Positions 17,401 through 26,269 of a stretch of DNA of 64,000 nt are shown here, one piece after another. Numbering within the stretch: position 1 is the first letter of the stretch; each line of letters opens with the position of its first letter. A program made the translations under genes and the position numbers. The stretch comes from an uncultured Chloroflexia bacterium (GTDB lineage Bacteria; Chloroflexota; Limnocylindria; Limnocylindrales; CSP1-4): the NCBI GenBank assembly GCA_963819655.1, contig CAWFXA010000003.1, forward strand, positions 544,001 through 608,000, given 5' to 3'. The notes under the pieces are model-generated. The model worked only from the letters and a program-made list of their open reading frames with translations, had not been told where the DNA came from and made no database searches.

Positions 17401-18408
17401 TTAGGGCGCGACGCCCCAATCGACGTTGATCTCGTTGTCAGGCGTGGCCGTGACCTGGTAGCGGGCCGACCCGTCGGCGGGCGCGATGAAGAGGTCCGCG
17501 CGAAAGCCGGTGGCGTCGCTCGAAAAGACGATCCACTCGTCGTCGGGTGCCCAGTCGGGCCCGAACTGGAAGCCGACGCCAAGGTCGAAGCGTTGGGTCT
17601 CGGTGCCCTCTCGATCGAGGATCACGATTCTGCCCGACGCGCCCGTGGCGATCAGCTGGCCATCGCGCGAGAAGCGGCCCGGGTCGCCGTACCGCTTCTG
17701 GGTCAGCTGGACCGCTTCGCCGCCCGCCATCGGTACGAGCCAGAGCGGGGTGTCGCCCTCGGCATCCGCACCTCGCTTGAAGATCAGCTGTCCGTCGATC
17801 GAGATGTCGCCCGGGAGGTCGGTCATCCCGGCCGGCGTTTCGGTCAGGCGTCGGAGATCCGAGCCGTCCATCGACGAGACGGAGTAGATACCGGCGCGCG
17901 TCGGATCGGAATCGTCCCAGCCCTCGCAGCCGATGCGGGTCCCTTCGGGAAACCAGAAGACGCAGGCCAGGTTAAGCGTCGGATCTTCGATCCCGAGCTC
18001 ACGCAGGACGGTTCCGTCCGGGGCGAGGATCGCCGTGCCGATGCGGCCGTCAGCGAGCGTGGTCGCGACGGCGATCTCGTCTCCCGACGGCGACCAGCGT
18101 CCCCCACCTTCGGTGCCCGGCATCGGAATGGAGAGTTCGTTGGAACCGTCCGGGGCAGACGTGAACATGCCGTTGAAGGTGTGCGTGGACTCGGTGAAGC
18201 GAGCGAAGACCAGCTGGCCTTCGAGCCCTGGCAGGTCGGTGGGCGTCGGCGTGGCCGTGGGCGTCGACGTCGCCGTGGGCCCGGCCGTTGCCGTGGCACC
18301 GGGATCGGTCGAGGCGGTCTTCGCGGGGACTCCGGCTCCGCAGGCGGCAAGGATGATTCCCAGGCTCGCTCGTGCGACGGCGCCCAGCTGGGCTCGAGAT
18401 CGTGCCAT
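17401..18408 (-). CDS. Lipoprotein with TolB-like/PD40 beta-propeller repeats
   Basis: Lipobox ILAAC, Thr/Pro linker, WSPSG / FSRDG / WAPDD repeats; AGGAG RBS before ATG 18408. Confidence 0.85.
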   Translation of the reverse strand: MARSRAQLGAVARASLGIILAACGAGVPAKTASTDPGATATAGPTATSTPTATPTPTDLPGLEGQLVFARFTESTHTFNGMFTSAPDGSNELSIPMPGTEGGGRWSPSGDEIAVATTLADGRIGTAILAPDGTVLRELGIEDPTLNLACVFWFPEGTRIGCEGWDDSDPTRAGIYSVSSMDGSDLRRLTETPAGMTDLPGDISIDGQLIFKRGADAEGDTPLWLVPMAGGEAVQLTQKRYGDPGRFSRDGQLIATGASGRIVILDREGTETQRFDLGVGFQFGPDWAPDDEWIVFSSDATGFRADLFIAPADGSARYQVTATPDNEINVDWGVAP

Positions 18409-18467
18409 CCGTACTCTCCTCCACCGCGCCACGACGACCGGCGCACGCCGGGTCGCTACGTATATGT

Positions 18468-18501
18468 CGTCATGTCGGGTCGATGATGGCGCCTTCGGCC
18501 G
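18468..18501. repeat. 34-bp direct repeat, copy 2 (promoter region of the TolB-like gene)
   Basis: CGTCATGTCGGGTCGATGATGGCGCCTTCGGCCG. Confidence 0.8.
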
Positions 18502-18619
18502 AAATGGTCGACGCCGCGGGCACTTGCCCCTCCCCTACCCGATTTCGTCAGCGGCGACGACCGCCAGGCCGTCATCATTCGCCGATGAGTACGACACGAC
18601 CCAATCTCGTGGGAGATCG

Positions 18620-19075
18620 ATGATGACGTCGCCTGACGACGGAACCACTCCAGAATTCGTGCTGCCGACGGCCATGACTGGCAGGGCGAGCCCGGCGAAG
18701 GCCGCGCTCGGCGACAAGCCGGTTTTCGCCTACATCAGCAGTCTGCCCCAGCCGCAACGCTCCATCGCCGAACGCGTCGATGCCCTGGCGGCCGAGACGC
18801 TCCCGCGCCTGCAGCGCTCCGTGAAGTGGGGCATGGCGTGGTATGGCGTCGGCGACGGCTGGTGCTTCTCGTGCGGCGGCTTCGACGGCCACGTCAAGCT
18901 CACGTTCGGGCGCGGCACGGCACTCACGCCCGTCCCGCCAGTGACGCCGATCGGGATGGGCAAGGACTCGCGCGGCGTGGACCTGGAATCCCTGGACGAC
19001 ATCGACGAACGACAGCTCGCTTCGTGGATGAAACAGGCCACGGCCATTCCCGGTTTCGGGGGCCAGAAACGATGA
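18620..19075 (+). CDS. DUF1801 (YdhG-like) domain protein
   Basis: PVFAYISSLPQPQR...SVKWGMAWYG...HVKLTFGRGTALTPVPP...IDERQLASWMKQA. Confidence 0.85.
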   Translation: MMTSPDDGTTPEFVLPTAMTGRASPAKAALGDKPVFAYISSLPQPQRSIAERVDALAAETLPRLQRSVKWGMAWYGVGDGWCFSCGGFDGHVKLTFGRGTALTPVPPVTPIGMGKDSRGVDLESLDDIDERQLASWMKQATAIPGFGGQKR

Positions 19076-19284
19076 ACGCCACAACGGCCGGCAAGGTCGC
19101 CCCGGCGATCGCCCGGAACAGGGGCCTCGCGCGAGGATGCTCGGCCGGATACTGCCGCGGACGACGGGTGGCACTGAAAGGTCGCCGGTGACTGTCGCAT
19201 AGCTCGTCGAGAAGGGACCGGCAGGCGGCTCGGGGACAGCCCACTACGCCCGTGGGGATGCGTTGGGTGACCTGCGTCCGAACC

Positions 19285-19761
19285 CTAGCTCAACACCAAG
19301 TCGCACGCGGCCCCGGATCGCTCCGACTCCGGTGCGCGGGTCCACATCGTGGCCTGCCAGGACTCCGTGCTCTGTCCGGGCGGTAGGTACCGCACCCAAC
19401 GCTCGAAGTCGTTGGTACCGATCCGACAAACCTCGTGGAACCCCCCCGCCTCAGCCGCGTCCATGATGGCCTTCGGGGGCAGCACGACGGCGCCGCCCAT
19501 CTCGAACTGGATGCCAGGCATCGCCACGTCCCACACCACGAACGTGCAGTCCGGGCTGTCCTGGCCGAAGGGGTCGTCGCCGAGTTCCAGCAGGGTGACC
19601 TTTCGACAGGCCGCGAGGTCCGCCTCTGCCTGCACTCGATGACGCTCCGTTGCCTGTCGGTCGATCGCTGTCTGCCGGTCGAATTCCGCTGAGACGGTCC
19701 TGCACCCGCCGAGTAGGAGCACGACGGCGACCGCCAGGGTTAGAGGGGCGAAGCCGCCCAT
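19285..19761 (-). CDS. Hypothetical lipoprotein
   Basis: MGGFAPLTLAVAVVLLLGGC signal/lipobox after an AGGA RBS; four further Cys. Confidence 0.55.
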   Translation of the reverse strand: MGGFAPLTLAVAVVLLLGGCRTVSAEFDRQTAIDRQATERHRVQAEADLAACRKVTLLELGDDPFGQDSPDCTFVVWDVAMPGIQFEMGGAVVLPPKAIMDAAEAGGFHEVCRIGTNDFERWVRYLPPGQSTESWQATMWTRAPESERSGAACDLVLS

Positions 19762-19879
19762 GTCCTGCCTCCGATGTGCGAGTGACATCCGCAGATCGTC
19801 GAGTGGGGTTTGACTCGCGACCGTCGTCGGCATAGCGGCAGGGTAGCGGTCCTGGCCGCGTGGCATCCTCCTGCCTACG

Positions 19880-20440
19880 ATGAGCAGATACCTCGTCCTC
19901 CTGCGCGGCATCAACGTCGGCGGCCGGAACAAAGTGCCGATGGCGGCCTTGCGCGAGCTCCTCGAGAGCCACGGCCATACGAAGGTGTCCACGTACATCG
20001 CCAGCGGCAACGTGATCCTGACCTCCGATCGCACCGCCGCCGCGATCAAGCGCGAGCTCGAGGAGGCGCTCCCCAAGGCCTTCAAGCTCGATAGCGAGCT
20101 GATCGCGGTGCTGGTCCTGACGCGTGCCCAGCTACGCGACGTGGTCCGGAAGCGGCCAAAGGGCTTCGGCGACCAACCGGGGACGTACCACAGCGATGCG
20201 GTCTTCCTGATGGGGATCGATGCCCCGACGGCGATGAAGGTCTTCGACCCGCGGCCCGGCGTCGACGAGGTGTGGCCGGGAACCGGCGTGATCTATTCGC
20301 AGCGACTGAGCGCGCAACGAACCAAGAGCCGCCTCAGCAAGATCGTCGGGACGCCGGCCTACAAGTCGATGACGATCCGCAGCTGGGCGACGACGCTCGC
20401 CCTGCTCGAGCGAATGGAGGCGCCCGAGACCGACGGCTGA
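19880..20440 (+). CDS. DUF1697 family protein
   Basis: YLVLLRGINVGGRNKVPMAALR...TYIASGNV...TIRSWAT. Confidence 0.92.
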   Translation: MSRYLVLLRGINVGGRNKVPMAALRELLESHGHTKVSTYIASGNVILTSDRTAAAIKRELEEALPKAFKLDSELIAVLVLTRAQLRDVVRKRPKGFGDQPGTYHSDAVFLMGIDAPTAMKVFDPRPGVDEVWPGTGVIYSQRLSAQRTKSRLSKIVGTPAYKSMTIRSWATTLALLERMEAPETDG

Positions 20441-20546
20441 CCGCCGGTCACGACTATGCCCGAGGGCGGGCAGATGCCGGCGAAGGCGTGTCGATCGCGC
20501 GCGACGCGGCAATTCGTGCTCCTGGCGCCGCGGTACGCTGTCAGCG

Positions 20547-21224
20547 ATGTCCTTTGAGTACGAGGAACGACCGTCGCGCTCCCGATTCGCTGACATCATC
20601 TGGCGTACGCACGACACGAGCGACGGAACATACCTGGCGGCCGCCGACGCCTGCTGGGACATGATCTTCATTCGCAGCGTCCACGGGAACCGGGCCCTCC
20701 TGAGCGGCCCGTCGACGCAAATCACCCCGGTCCCGTACCGCGCGGGCAACAGAAACGTCGGCATCCGCTTTCATCGTGGATCGTTCCTCACCCATGTGCC
20801 GACGACGGCGATGGTGGACATCACCGAGGCACTACCGATGGCGACACCCGAGTCGTTCCTGCTGGCCGACCGGGAGTGGCCGATGCCCACGTACGGGACG
20901 GCCGACGCCTTCGTCGCGGAGCTCGAGCGGCTGGAGCTCCTCAGCGACGACGCCGTGGTCGACGCCGTCCTGCGCGGCGAGCCTCCCTCGACCTCGATCC
21001 GGTCGATCCAGCGCCACGTTTCGCAGGTCACCGGACTCACGATGAACCGTATCCGTCAGATCGTTCGCGCCCGCGAGGCGGCCGAGCGTCTGCGCCGCGG
21101 CGAGTCGATCCTGGATGTCACCCACGACATGGGATACGCCGATCAGGCCCACCTGACGCGCGATCTGAAGCAGCTGACGGGGTATACGCCGGCCAGGACA
21201 AAGGAGCGCGACGAGGCGATTTGA
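20547..21224 (+). CDS. AraC-family HTH regulator (DUF6597-type N-terminus)
   Basis: ADACWDMIF, C-terminal GYADQAHLTRDLKQLTGYTP. Confidence 0.88.
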   Translation: MSFEYEERPSRSRFADIIWRTHDTSDGTYLAAADACWDMIFIRSVHGNRALLSGPSTQITPVPYRAGNRNVGIRFHRGSFLTHVPTTAMVDITEALPMATPESFLLADREWPMPTYGTADAFVAELERLELLSDDAVVDAVLRGEPPSTSIRSIQRHVSQVTGLTMNRIRQIVRAREAAERLRRGESILDVTHDMGYADQAHLTRDLKQLTGYTPARTKERDEAI

Positions 21225-21320
21225 CGCGCGGCTCGGTGGTGTCGTTTCGCTTCAATACATCCCGACCGATCTCCGCTTTGATGGACGCATCCCCAGTCCA
21301 CTGAAACGGAGGTTCGTCCC

Positions 21321-22457
21321 GTGGAGATCACGCCCTTCACCGTCGCTGTCTCCGATGCCGATGTCGCCGATCTGCAGTCGCGCTTGGCAAACACTCGCTG
21401 GCCCGTCGACATGGTCAGCGACTGGAGCCGTGGCGTCCCGACATCGTACGCGCGGACCCTGGCCGAGACCTGGGCGACCAGCTACGACTGGCGGGTGCAG
21501 GAGGCCCGGCTCAACTCTTTCCCACAGTTCACCGCCACCATCGACGGCCAGCTCTTCCACTTCGTCCACGTCCGCTCGACTGTCGCCGGGGCCACTCCCC
21601 TCCTCCTGGCTCACGGCTATCCGAGCTCATTCGTCGAGTTCACCCGGATGATCGAACCGCTGGTCGACCCGGAGGCCCACGGCGGTCGGCCCGAGGACGC
21701 CTTCCACGTCGTGATCCCATCGCTGCCCGGATTCGGCTTCTCCGCGCCGCCGGTCCCCGGTTGGGGCATCCAGAAGGCAGCCAACGCGTTCGATCAGATC
21801 ATGCAGGCACTCGGTTACGAGCGCTACGGAGTGTCCGGCGGCGATGTCGGGGCCGGGATCTCAGCGGAGCTGGGACTGATCGCTGGCGAGCGGATGATCG
21901 GGGCGCTCGTCGTCACAGATCCCGGAGCGATCGCGACCGAGTACACGCCGCCGACGGACCACCTCACCAAGGACGAGCAGGCCCGCCACGCTGAGCTCAA
22001 GGCGGCGCGCCGCGAGGACTTCGGGTACATCGCGCTCCAGACAACGCGGCCACAGTCGATCGCCTATGGCTTGACCGATTCGCCGGTCACCCAGCTCAGC
22101 TGGATCGTCGAGAAGGTCCAGGAATGGACCGATCCGGCCAAGCCGCTCCCGGAGGATGCCGTCGATCTCGACCACCTCCTCACCCTCGTGAGCGTGTACT
22201 GGTTCAACCGAGGCGGCGCCGGCGCCGCGAACTTCCTGTACGAGACCGCCCACACCGCAGCGTCCTGGGGCGAGGCCCACGATCGACCGCAAGGATTCGT
22301 GTCCTTCGGGCGTGATCCGCTCGTGCGCCGGATCCTGGATCCCGAAGGGCGACTGGCGTACTGGAACGAGCACGACGCCGGCGGGCACTTCCCGGCGCTG
22401 GAGGTCCCCGACCTCTACGTCGGCGACGTGCGGGCGTTCTTCGCGGGTCTGCGCTGA
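21321..22457 (+). CDS. Epoxide hydrolase (microsomal type)
   Basis: EHN N-terminus, HGYPSS, GGDVG nucleophile, GLTDSPV, GGHFPALE. Confidence 0.92.
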   Translation: MEITPFTVAVSDADVADLQSRLANTRWPVDMVSDWSRGVPTSYARTLAETWATSYDWRVQEARLNSFPQFTATIDGQLFHFVHVRSTVAGATPLLLAHGYPSSFVEFTRMIEPLVDPEAHGGRPEDAFHVVIPSLPGFGFSAPPVPGWGIQKAANAFDQIMQALGYERYGVSGGDVGAGISAELGLIAGERMIGALVVTDPGAIATEYTPPTDHLTKDEQARHAELKAARREDFGYIALQTTRPQSIAYGLTDSPVTQLSWIVEKVQEWTDPAKPLPEDAVDLDHLLTLVSVYWFNRGGAGAANFLYETAHTAASWGEAHDRPQGFVSFGRDPLVRRILDPEGRLAYWNEHDAGGHFPALEVPDLYVGDVRAFFAGLR

Positions 22458-22685
22458 CGGATACGCGATCAGATCCGGGTCGCGGCTCCATCTTTCGGGG
22501 CGAGCACTCGTCGCCTCACTGGCAGCCACCGGACGTGCAGTCGACCGTCGCGGATGCCGGCGCCGACCGATTTCCTGCGCCGTGACCGCAACGACATCGA
22601 TCGTGTTCACCCTGCCCAGTTCCGCGTAGAGGATGGCCTGGTAGGTCGTCTACCCTTCGACGAACACCTGCAGGGAGCGACGACC

Positions 22686-23294
22686 ATGAAGCTGACCGCA
22701 TCGATGATGCTGACCGTGGACGGCGTGTACCAGGGCCCCGGCGGCCCCGACGAGGACCGGCGCGGCGGGTTCGACCGCGGCGGTTGGACTGCGGCGTACG
22801 CCGACGAGGAGATGTGGCCATTCCTGACCTCGTGGTTCGAGCGCGCGGACGCGTTCCTCCTCGGGCGCAAGACCTGGGAGATCTGGCTGCCGTACTGGCC
22901 GCATCACGACAGCGGCGATCCGGTCTCCCACGGCATCAACGTCCTGCCCAAGTACGTGCCCTCGACCACGCTCAAGGATCCGACGTGGCAGAACACCCAC
23001 GTGATCGACGGCGACGTCGAGGCGGCGGTCCGCGAGCTCAAGGCGAAGCCCGGGCGCGAGCTCCAGGTCCACGGCAGCGGCGTCCTCCTCCGCTGGCTGC
23101 TCGAGCGCGACCTCGTCGACGAGCTCAACCTGCGGATCTACCCGGTCATCGTGGGCGACGGGCTCCGACTCTTCCCGGAGCACGGCCAGACGCACAACCT
23201 GGAGCTGGTCGAGTCGCGCTCGATCCCGTCCGGCGTGATGCTCCAGACGTACCGACCGGCCGGCCGCGCGACCTTCGCGAACGCCGGGGAGTGA
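22686..23294 (+). CDS. Dihydrofolate reductase-like / RibD C-terminal family protein
   Basis: TVDGVYQGPGGPDED, LLGRKTWE, PKYVPSTTL, VHGSG, YPVIVGDGLRLF. Confidence 0.92.
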   Translation: MKLTASMMLTVDGVYQGPGGPDEDRRGGFDRGGWTAAYADEEMWPFLTSWFERADAFLLGRKTWEIWLPYWPHHDSGDPVSHGINVLPKYVPSTTLKDPTWQNTHVIDGDVEAAVRELKAKPGRELQVHGSGVLLRWLLERDLVDELNLRIYPVIVGDGLRLFPEHGQTHNLELVESRSIPSGVMLQTYRPAGRATFANAGE

Positions 23295-23464
23295 AGCCGG
23301 CGCGGCGTTACCCGGCTACGGGTCGATCGGCGTTTGGATCTGTTGACGTGTCCGGATCGGCCGGGACTGCGCCCGTCTGCGGCGCGATCCGTCTGACTTC
23401 CTCCATCGTGAACTCGCCCCGGTGGCTCCGGATCCAGGCGCGCGCGCCCCGATAGCGAATCGCC

Positions 23465-23752
23465 TCACGCCGCTGGCGTCGCAAGCGCCACGATCAGCAT
23501 CGCGGCCGTCGTTGCGAACACCACCAGGCGAACGCCGCCCTCTTCGGGGTCGAGAGTGTTCGTCAGCCAGGCATAGGCGGCCCACGCCAACCACAGCGCG
23601 GCAAGCAGGAGCCCGCCCCGCAGGAGCCCTGCCCCGCTCTCGTTCGCGGCGAGGAACCCAGTCACCTGCGTGATGGCGAAGACGAAGACGAGGTCGAAGA
23701 ACAGCTCCAGCGGCGTCACCCGCTGCTCGCCCTCGACCGGACGAACGTGCAT
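23465..23752 (-). pseudogene. 5' fragment of a low temperature requirement A (LtrA) gene
   Basis: RVTPLELFFDLVFVFAITQ... stops after 95 aa, compared with about 390 aa for the full copy at 32543-33706. Confidence 0.8.
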
Positions 23753-23858
23753 CGCGGTCAGATTCGTCCAGGCCCTACCCGCGTCGAATGACGCCCCGCC
23801 GGCCCGGCAGACCGCGTATTGTGACCCGGGACGCGGGATGAGCTCGGAGGGAACCGTC

Positions 23859-24515
23859 ATGCCAACGCCGCTGACCCTCGCACGCACGATCGCCGTCGCG
23901 TGCGCCGTCCTCGCGGTCGCGTCCTGCGGCGGGAGTGCCGGGTCGGTTGCGCCGCCGACTCCGAGTGGCGCGGCGGCGTCGCCAGCGGCCGGACCGACGC
24001 TCCTCTGGCCCGCGCCGTCGGATCCGCTCGAGCGCACCGTCGCGGCCGGCCTGGAGCCCGCGCCGAAGGAGTACACGGACAACCACGTCCACGCCCACCT
24101 GGACGTGTTCATCGACGGCGGCGAGATCCTGGTCCCGGCGGGGATCGGGATCAACATCGAAGACCCCGAGGTCGTCTATTTCGAGGATGTGGGCTCGTAT
24201 GGCGGCATCGAGATGTGCGCACAACCGTGCATCTCGCCGCTCCACACCCACGACGCGTCCGGGATCCTTCACACCGAGTCGTCGGATATGGCGTCGCACA
24301 CCCTTGGCCAGTTCTTCACCGAGTGGGGTGTCGAGCTCAGCGAGACCTGCGTCGGGGAGCACTGCGCGCCGACGCCGATCGCGGTGTACATCGGCGGTGA
24401 GCTCTACGAGGGGGATCCTCGGGCGATCGAGCTCACCGACCAGAAGGTGATCGTGATCGTCGTGGGGACCCCGCCCGCGGTGATCCCGTCGACGGCCGAC
24501 TTCTCGACCGCCTAA
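23859..24515 (+). CDS. Lipoprotein of unknown function with His motifs
   Basis: Lipobox VASC; HVHAHL, VPAGIGI, LHTHDASGILH, TLGQFFTEWG. Confidence 0.85.
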   Translation: MPTPLTLARTIAVACAVLAVASCGGSAGSVAPPTPSGAAASPAAGPTLLWPAPSDPLERTVAAGLEPAPKEYTDNHVHAHLDVFIDGGEILVPAGIGINIEDPEVVYFEDVGSYGGIEMCAQPCISPLHTHDASGILHTESSDMASHTLGQFFTEWGVELSETCVGEHCAPTPIAVYIGGELYEGDPRAIELTDQKVIVIVVGTPPAVIPSTADFSTA

Positions 24516-24549
24516 GTTGTCGAGTGAGCAGCGGCCTGCGTGCCTGGCG

Positions 24550-24993
24550 CTAGCCCGTTGCGGCGACCGGTTGGCGCGAGCCTTCCGTGACTTCGCCCTT
24601 GTGGGCGGCGAACGCAGCCAGGACCTCGTCCTTCTCCGCCGTCGGGACCTTGAACTCGTCGAGCGTCTTCGCGAGGATGCCGGCGACGGCATCGAATTCC
24701 TCGGGAGCGATATGCAGGTTGCGATGCGCTTCTTCGAGGCTCAGCCGGTCATGCCCAGGCTTCGTCCCGACGTACCCCTGCGGACCACCCGCAACATTGC
24801 AGAGCCACAGCGTCCGCATGAACTTGAGGCCGGGCAGACGCCCCAGCTCCTTCGTGTGCCATTCGCGTAGAGCCGGATTGCTCGAACCCTGACCAGCAAC
24901 CCGGTCCTCGATGATCGCGTCGCTGAAGCGATCGACCACGGCCGCGATCGCAAAGGCGCCTCCCAGGCGCTCATACAAGCTGTTCTGGGCCAT
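24550..24993 (-). CDS. Group 1 truncated haemoglobin
   Basis: SLYERLGG, AGGPQGYVG, EAHRNLHI (proximal His), EFDAVA; AAGGAGG RBS. Confidence 0.9.
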   Translation of the reverse strand: MAQNSLYERLGGAFAIAAVVDRFSDAIIEDRVAGQGSSNPALREWHTKELGRLPGLKFMRTLWLCNVAGGPQGYVGTKPGHDRLSLEEAHRNLHIAPEEFDAVAGILAKTLDEFKVPTAEKDEVLAAFAAHKGEVTEGSRQPVAATG

Positions 24994-25120
24994 CGTGCGT
25001 CCTCCTTGTGGGCTGCAGGCCCGACATGTCGCGACGGGTCCCCCGCTGCCTGACGATTTGTTCGATCCGTCGGCGCGGATTGCCCGACGACAACGCCAGT
25101 CGTGCGGACGATGGCTTCGC

Positions 25121-26269
25121 TCACGCGTCCTTCGGGCGCTCGAGGGCGATCCCCTGCTCTGCCGCCCAGCGACCGACGTCGCGCTTCTCGATGGCTGCGG
25201 CCATCAGGCCCGGGAAATGGTCCGGCGTGCAGGCGAATGCCGGAGCGCCGAGGGCGGCGAGTTTCGCGGCGAGCTCGTGGTCGAACGATGGTGCGCCCTT
25301 GTCCGACAGCGCAAGGAGCACGATCACGCTGACGCCGGCGGCCAACAGTTGCGAGACGCGGGCGATGAGCTCCTGCTCGACCCCGCCCTCGAAAAGGTCG
25401 CTGATCAGCACGAAGATCGTGTCGGCGGGGCGCGCGACGAGCGTCTGGCAGTAGCCGACCGCCCGGTTGATGTCGGTCCCGCCGCCGAGCTGGGTGGAGA
25501 ACAGGACCTCGACCGGATCGTCCAGGAGGTCCGTCAGGTCGACGACCGACGTGTCGAAGACGACGAGCTTCGTCTCGACCGAACGGATCGAGGCCATGAC
25601 GGCGGCGAACACGGATGAATAGACGACCGAGGCGGCCATCGAGCCCGACTGGTCGACCGCGATCACCACGTCCCGCAGGGCATTCGATCGCCGGGCATGC
25701 CCGAGCAAGGTTTCCGGGATGACCGTCTTGTAGTCCGGCTGGTAGTGACGCATGTTTCGCCGGATCGTGCGGTCCCAATCGATGTCACGCTGGCGCGGTC
25801 GGCGGGTGACCGCAGCCCGGTTGAGCGCCCCGGCGATCGCCTGCTGGAGCGGGCTTTGCAGGCGACGCTGGATGTCCTCGACGACCTCGCGGACGATCGC
25901 TCGGGCGGTCGACCGGGTTTCTTCCGGCATGACCCCGCCGAGCGCGATCAGCTCGGTGGCGAGGTTGAGGTCGGGCTGGATCGTCGCCAGCAGCTCCGGT
26001 TCGAGGAGCATCCGGCGCAGGTTCAGCCGCTCGAGCGCGTCCTGCTGCATCACCGATACGACCGAGGAGGGGAAGTAGGTCCGGATGTCGCCGAGCCAGC
26101 GGACCACCGTCGGCGACGATGCTCCCATGCCGGCGCTCCGTTCTGCGTCGTAGAGGCGTTCGAGGGCCTGGTCACGCTTCAGGTCGTCGCCCGCCAGTGC
26201 GAGGCCCGTCCCGTCGGCATCGCCACCGCCGAGTGCGAGGCGCCAGCGCCGGAGCCGTTCGTCGCTCAC
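25121..26269 (-). CDS. VWA-domain protein (YehP/CoxE-like)
   Basis: ERLRRWRLALG, DQSGSM MIDAS motif, GGGTDI, ISDLFEG, FACTPD. Confidence 0.92.
   Translation of the reverse strand: MSDERLRRWRLALGGGDADGTGLALAGDDLKRDQALERLYDAERSAGMGASSPTVVRWLGDIRTYFPSSVVSVMQQDALERLNLRRMLLEPELLATIQPDLNLATELIALGGVMPEETRSTARAIVREVVEDIQRRLQSPLQQAIAGALNRAAVTRRPRQRDIDWDRTIRRNMRHYQPDYKTVIPETLLGHARRSNALRDVVIAVDQSGSMAASVVYSSVFAAVMASIRSVETKLVVFDTSVVDLTDLLDDPVEVLFSTQLGGGTDINRAVGYCQTLVARPADTIFVLISDLFEGGVEQELIARVSQLLAAGVSVIVLLALSDKGAPSFDHELAAKLAALGAPAFACTPDHFPGLMAAAIEKRDVGRWAAEQGIALERPKDA

Noticed and set aside
25030-25050. c-di-AMP (ydaO) riboswitch upstream of the globin (GGGGGACCC on the minus strand)
   Set aside because: Only a 9-nt match; the other conserved elements are missing and the space is too short
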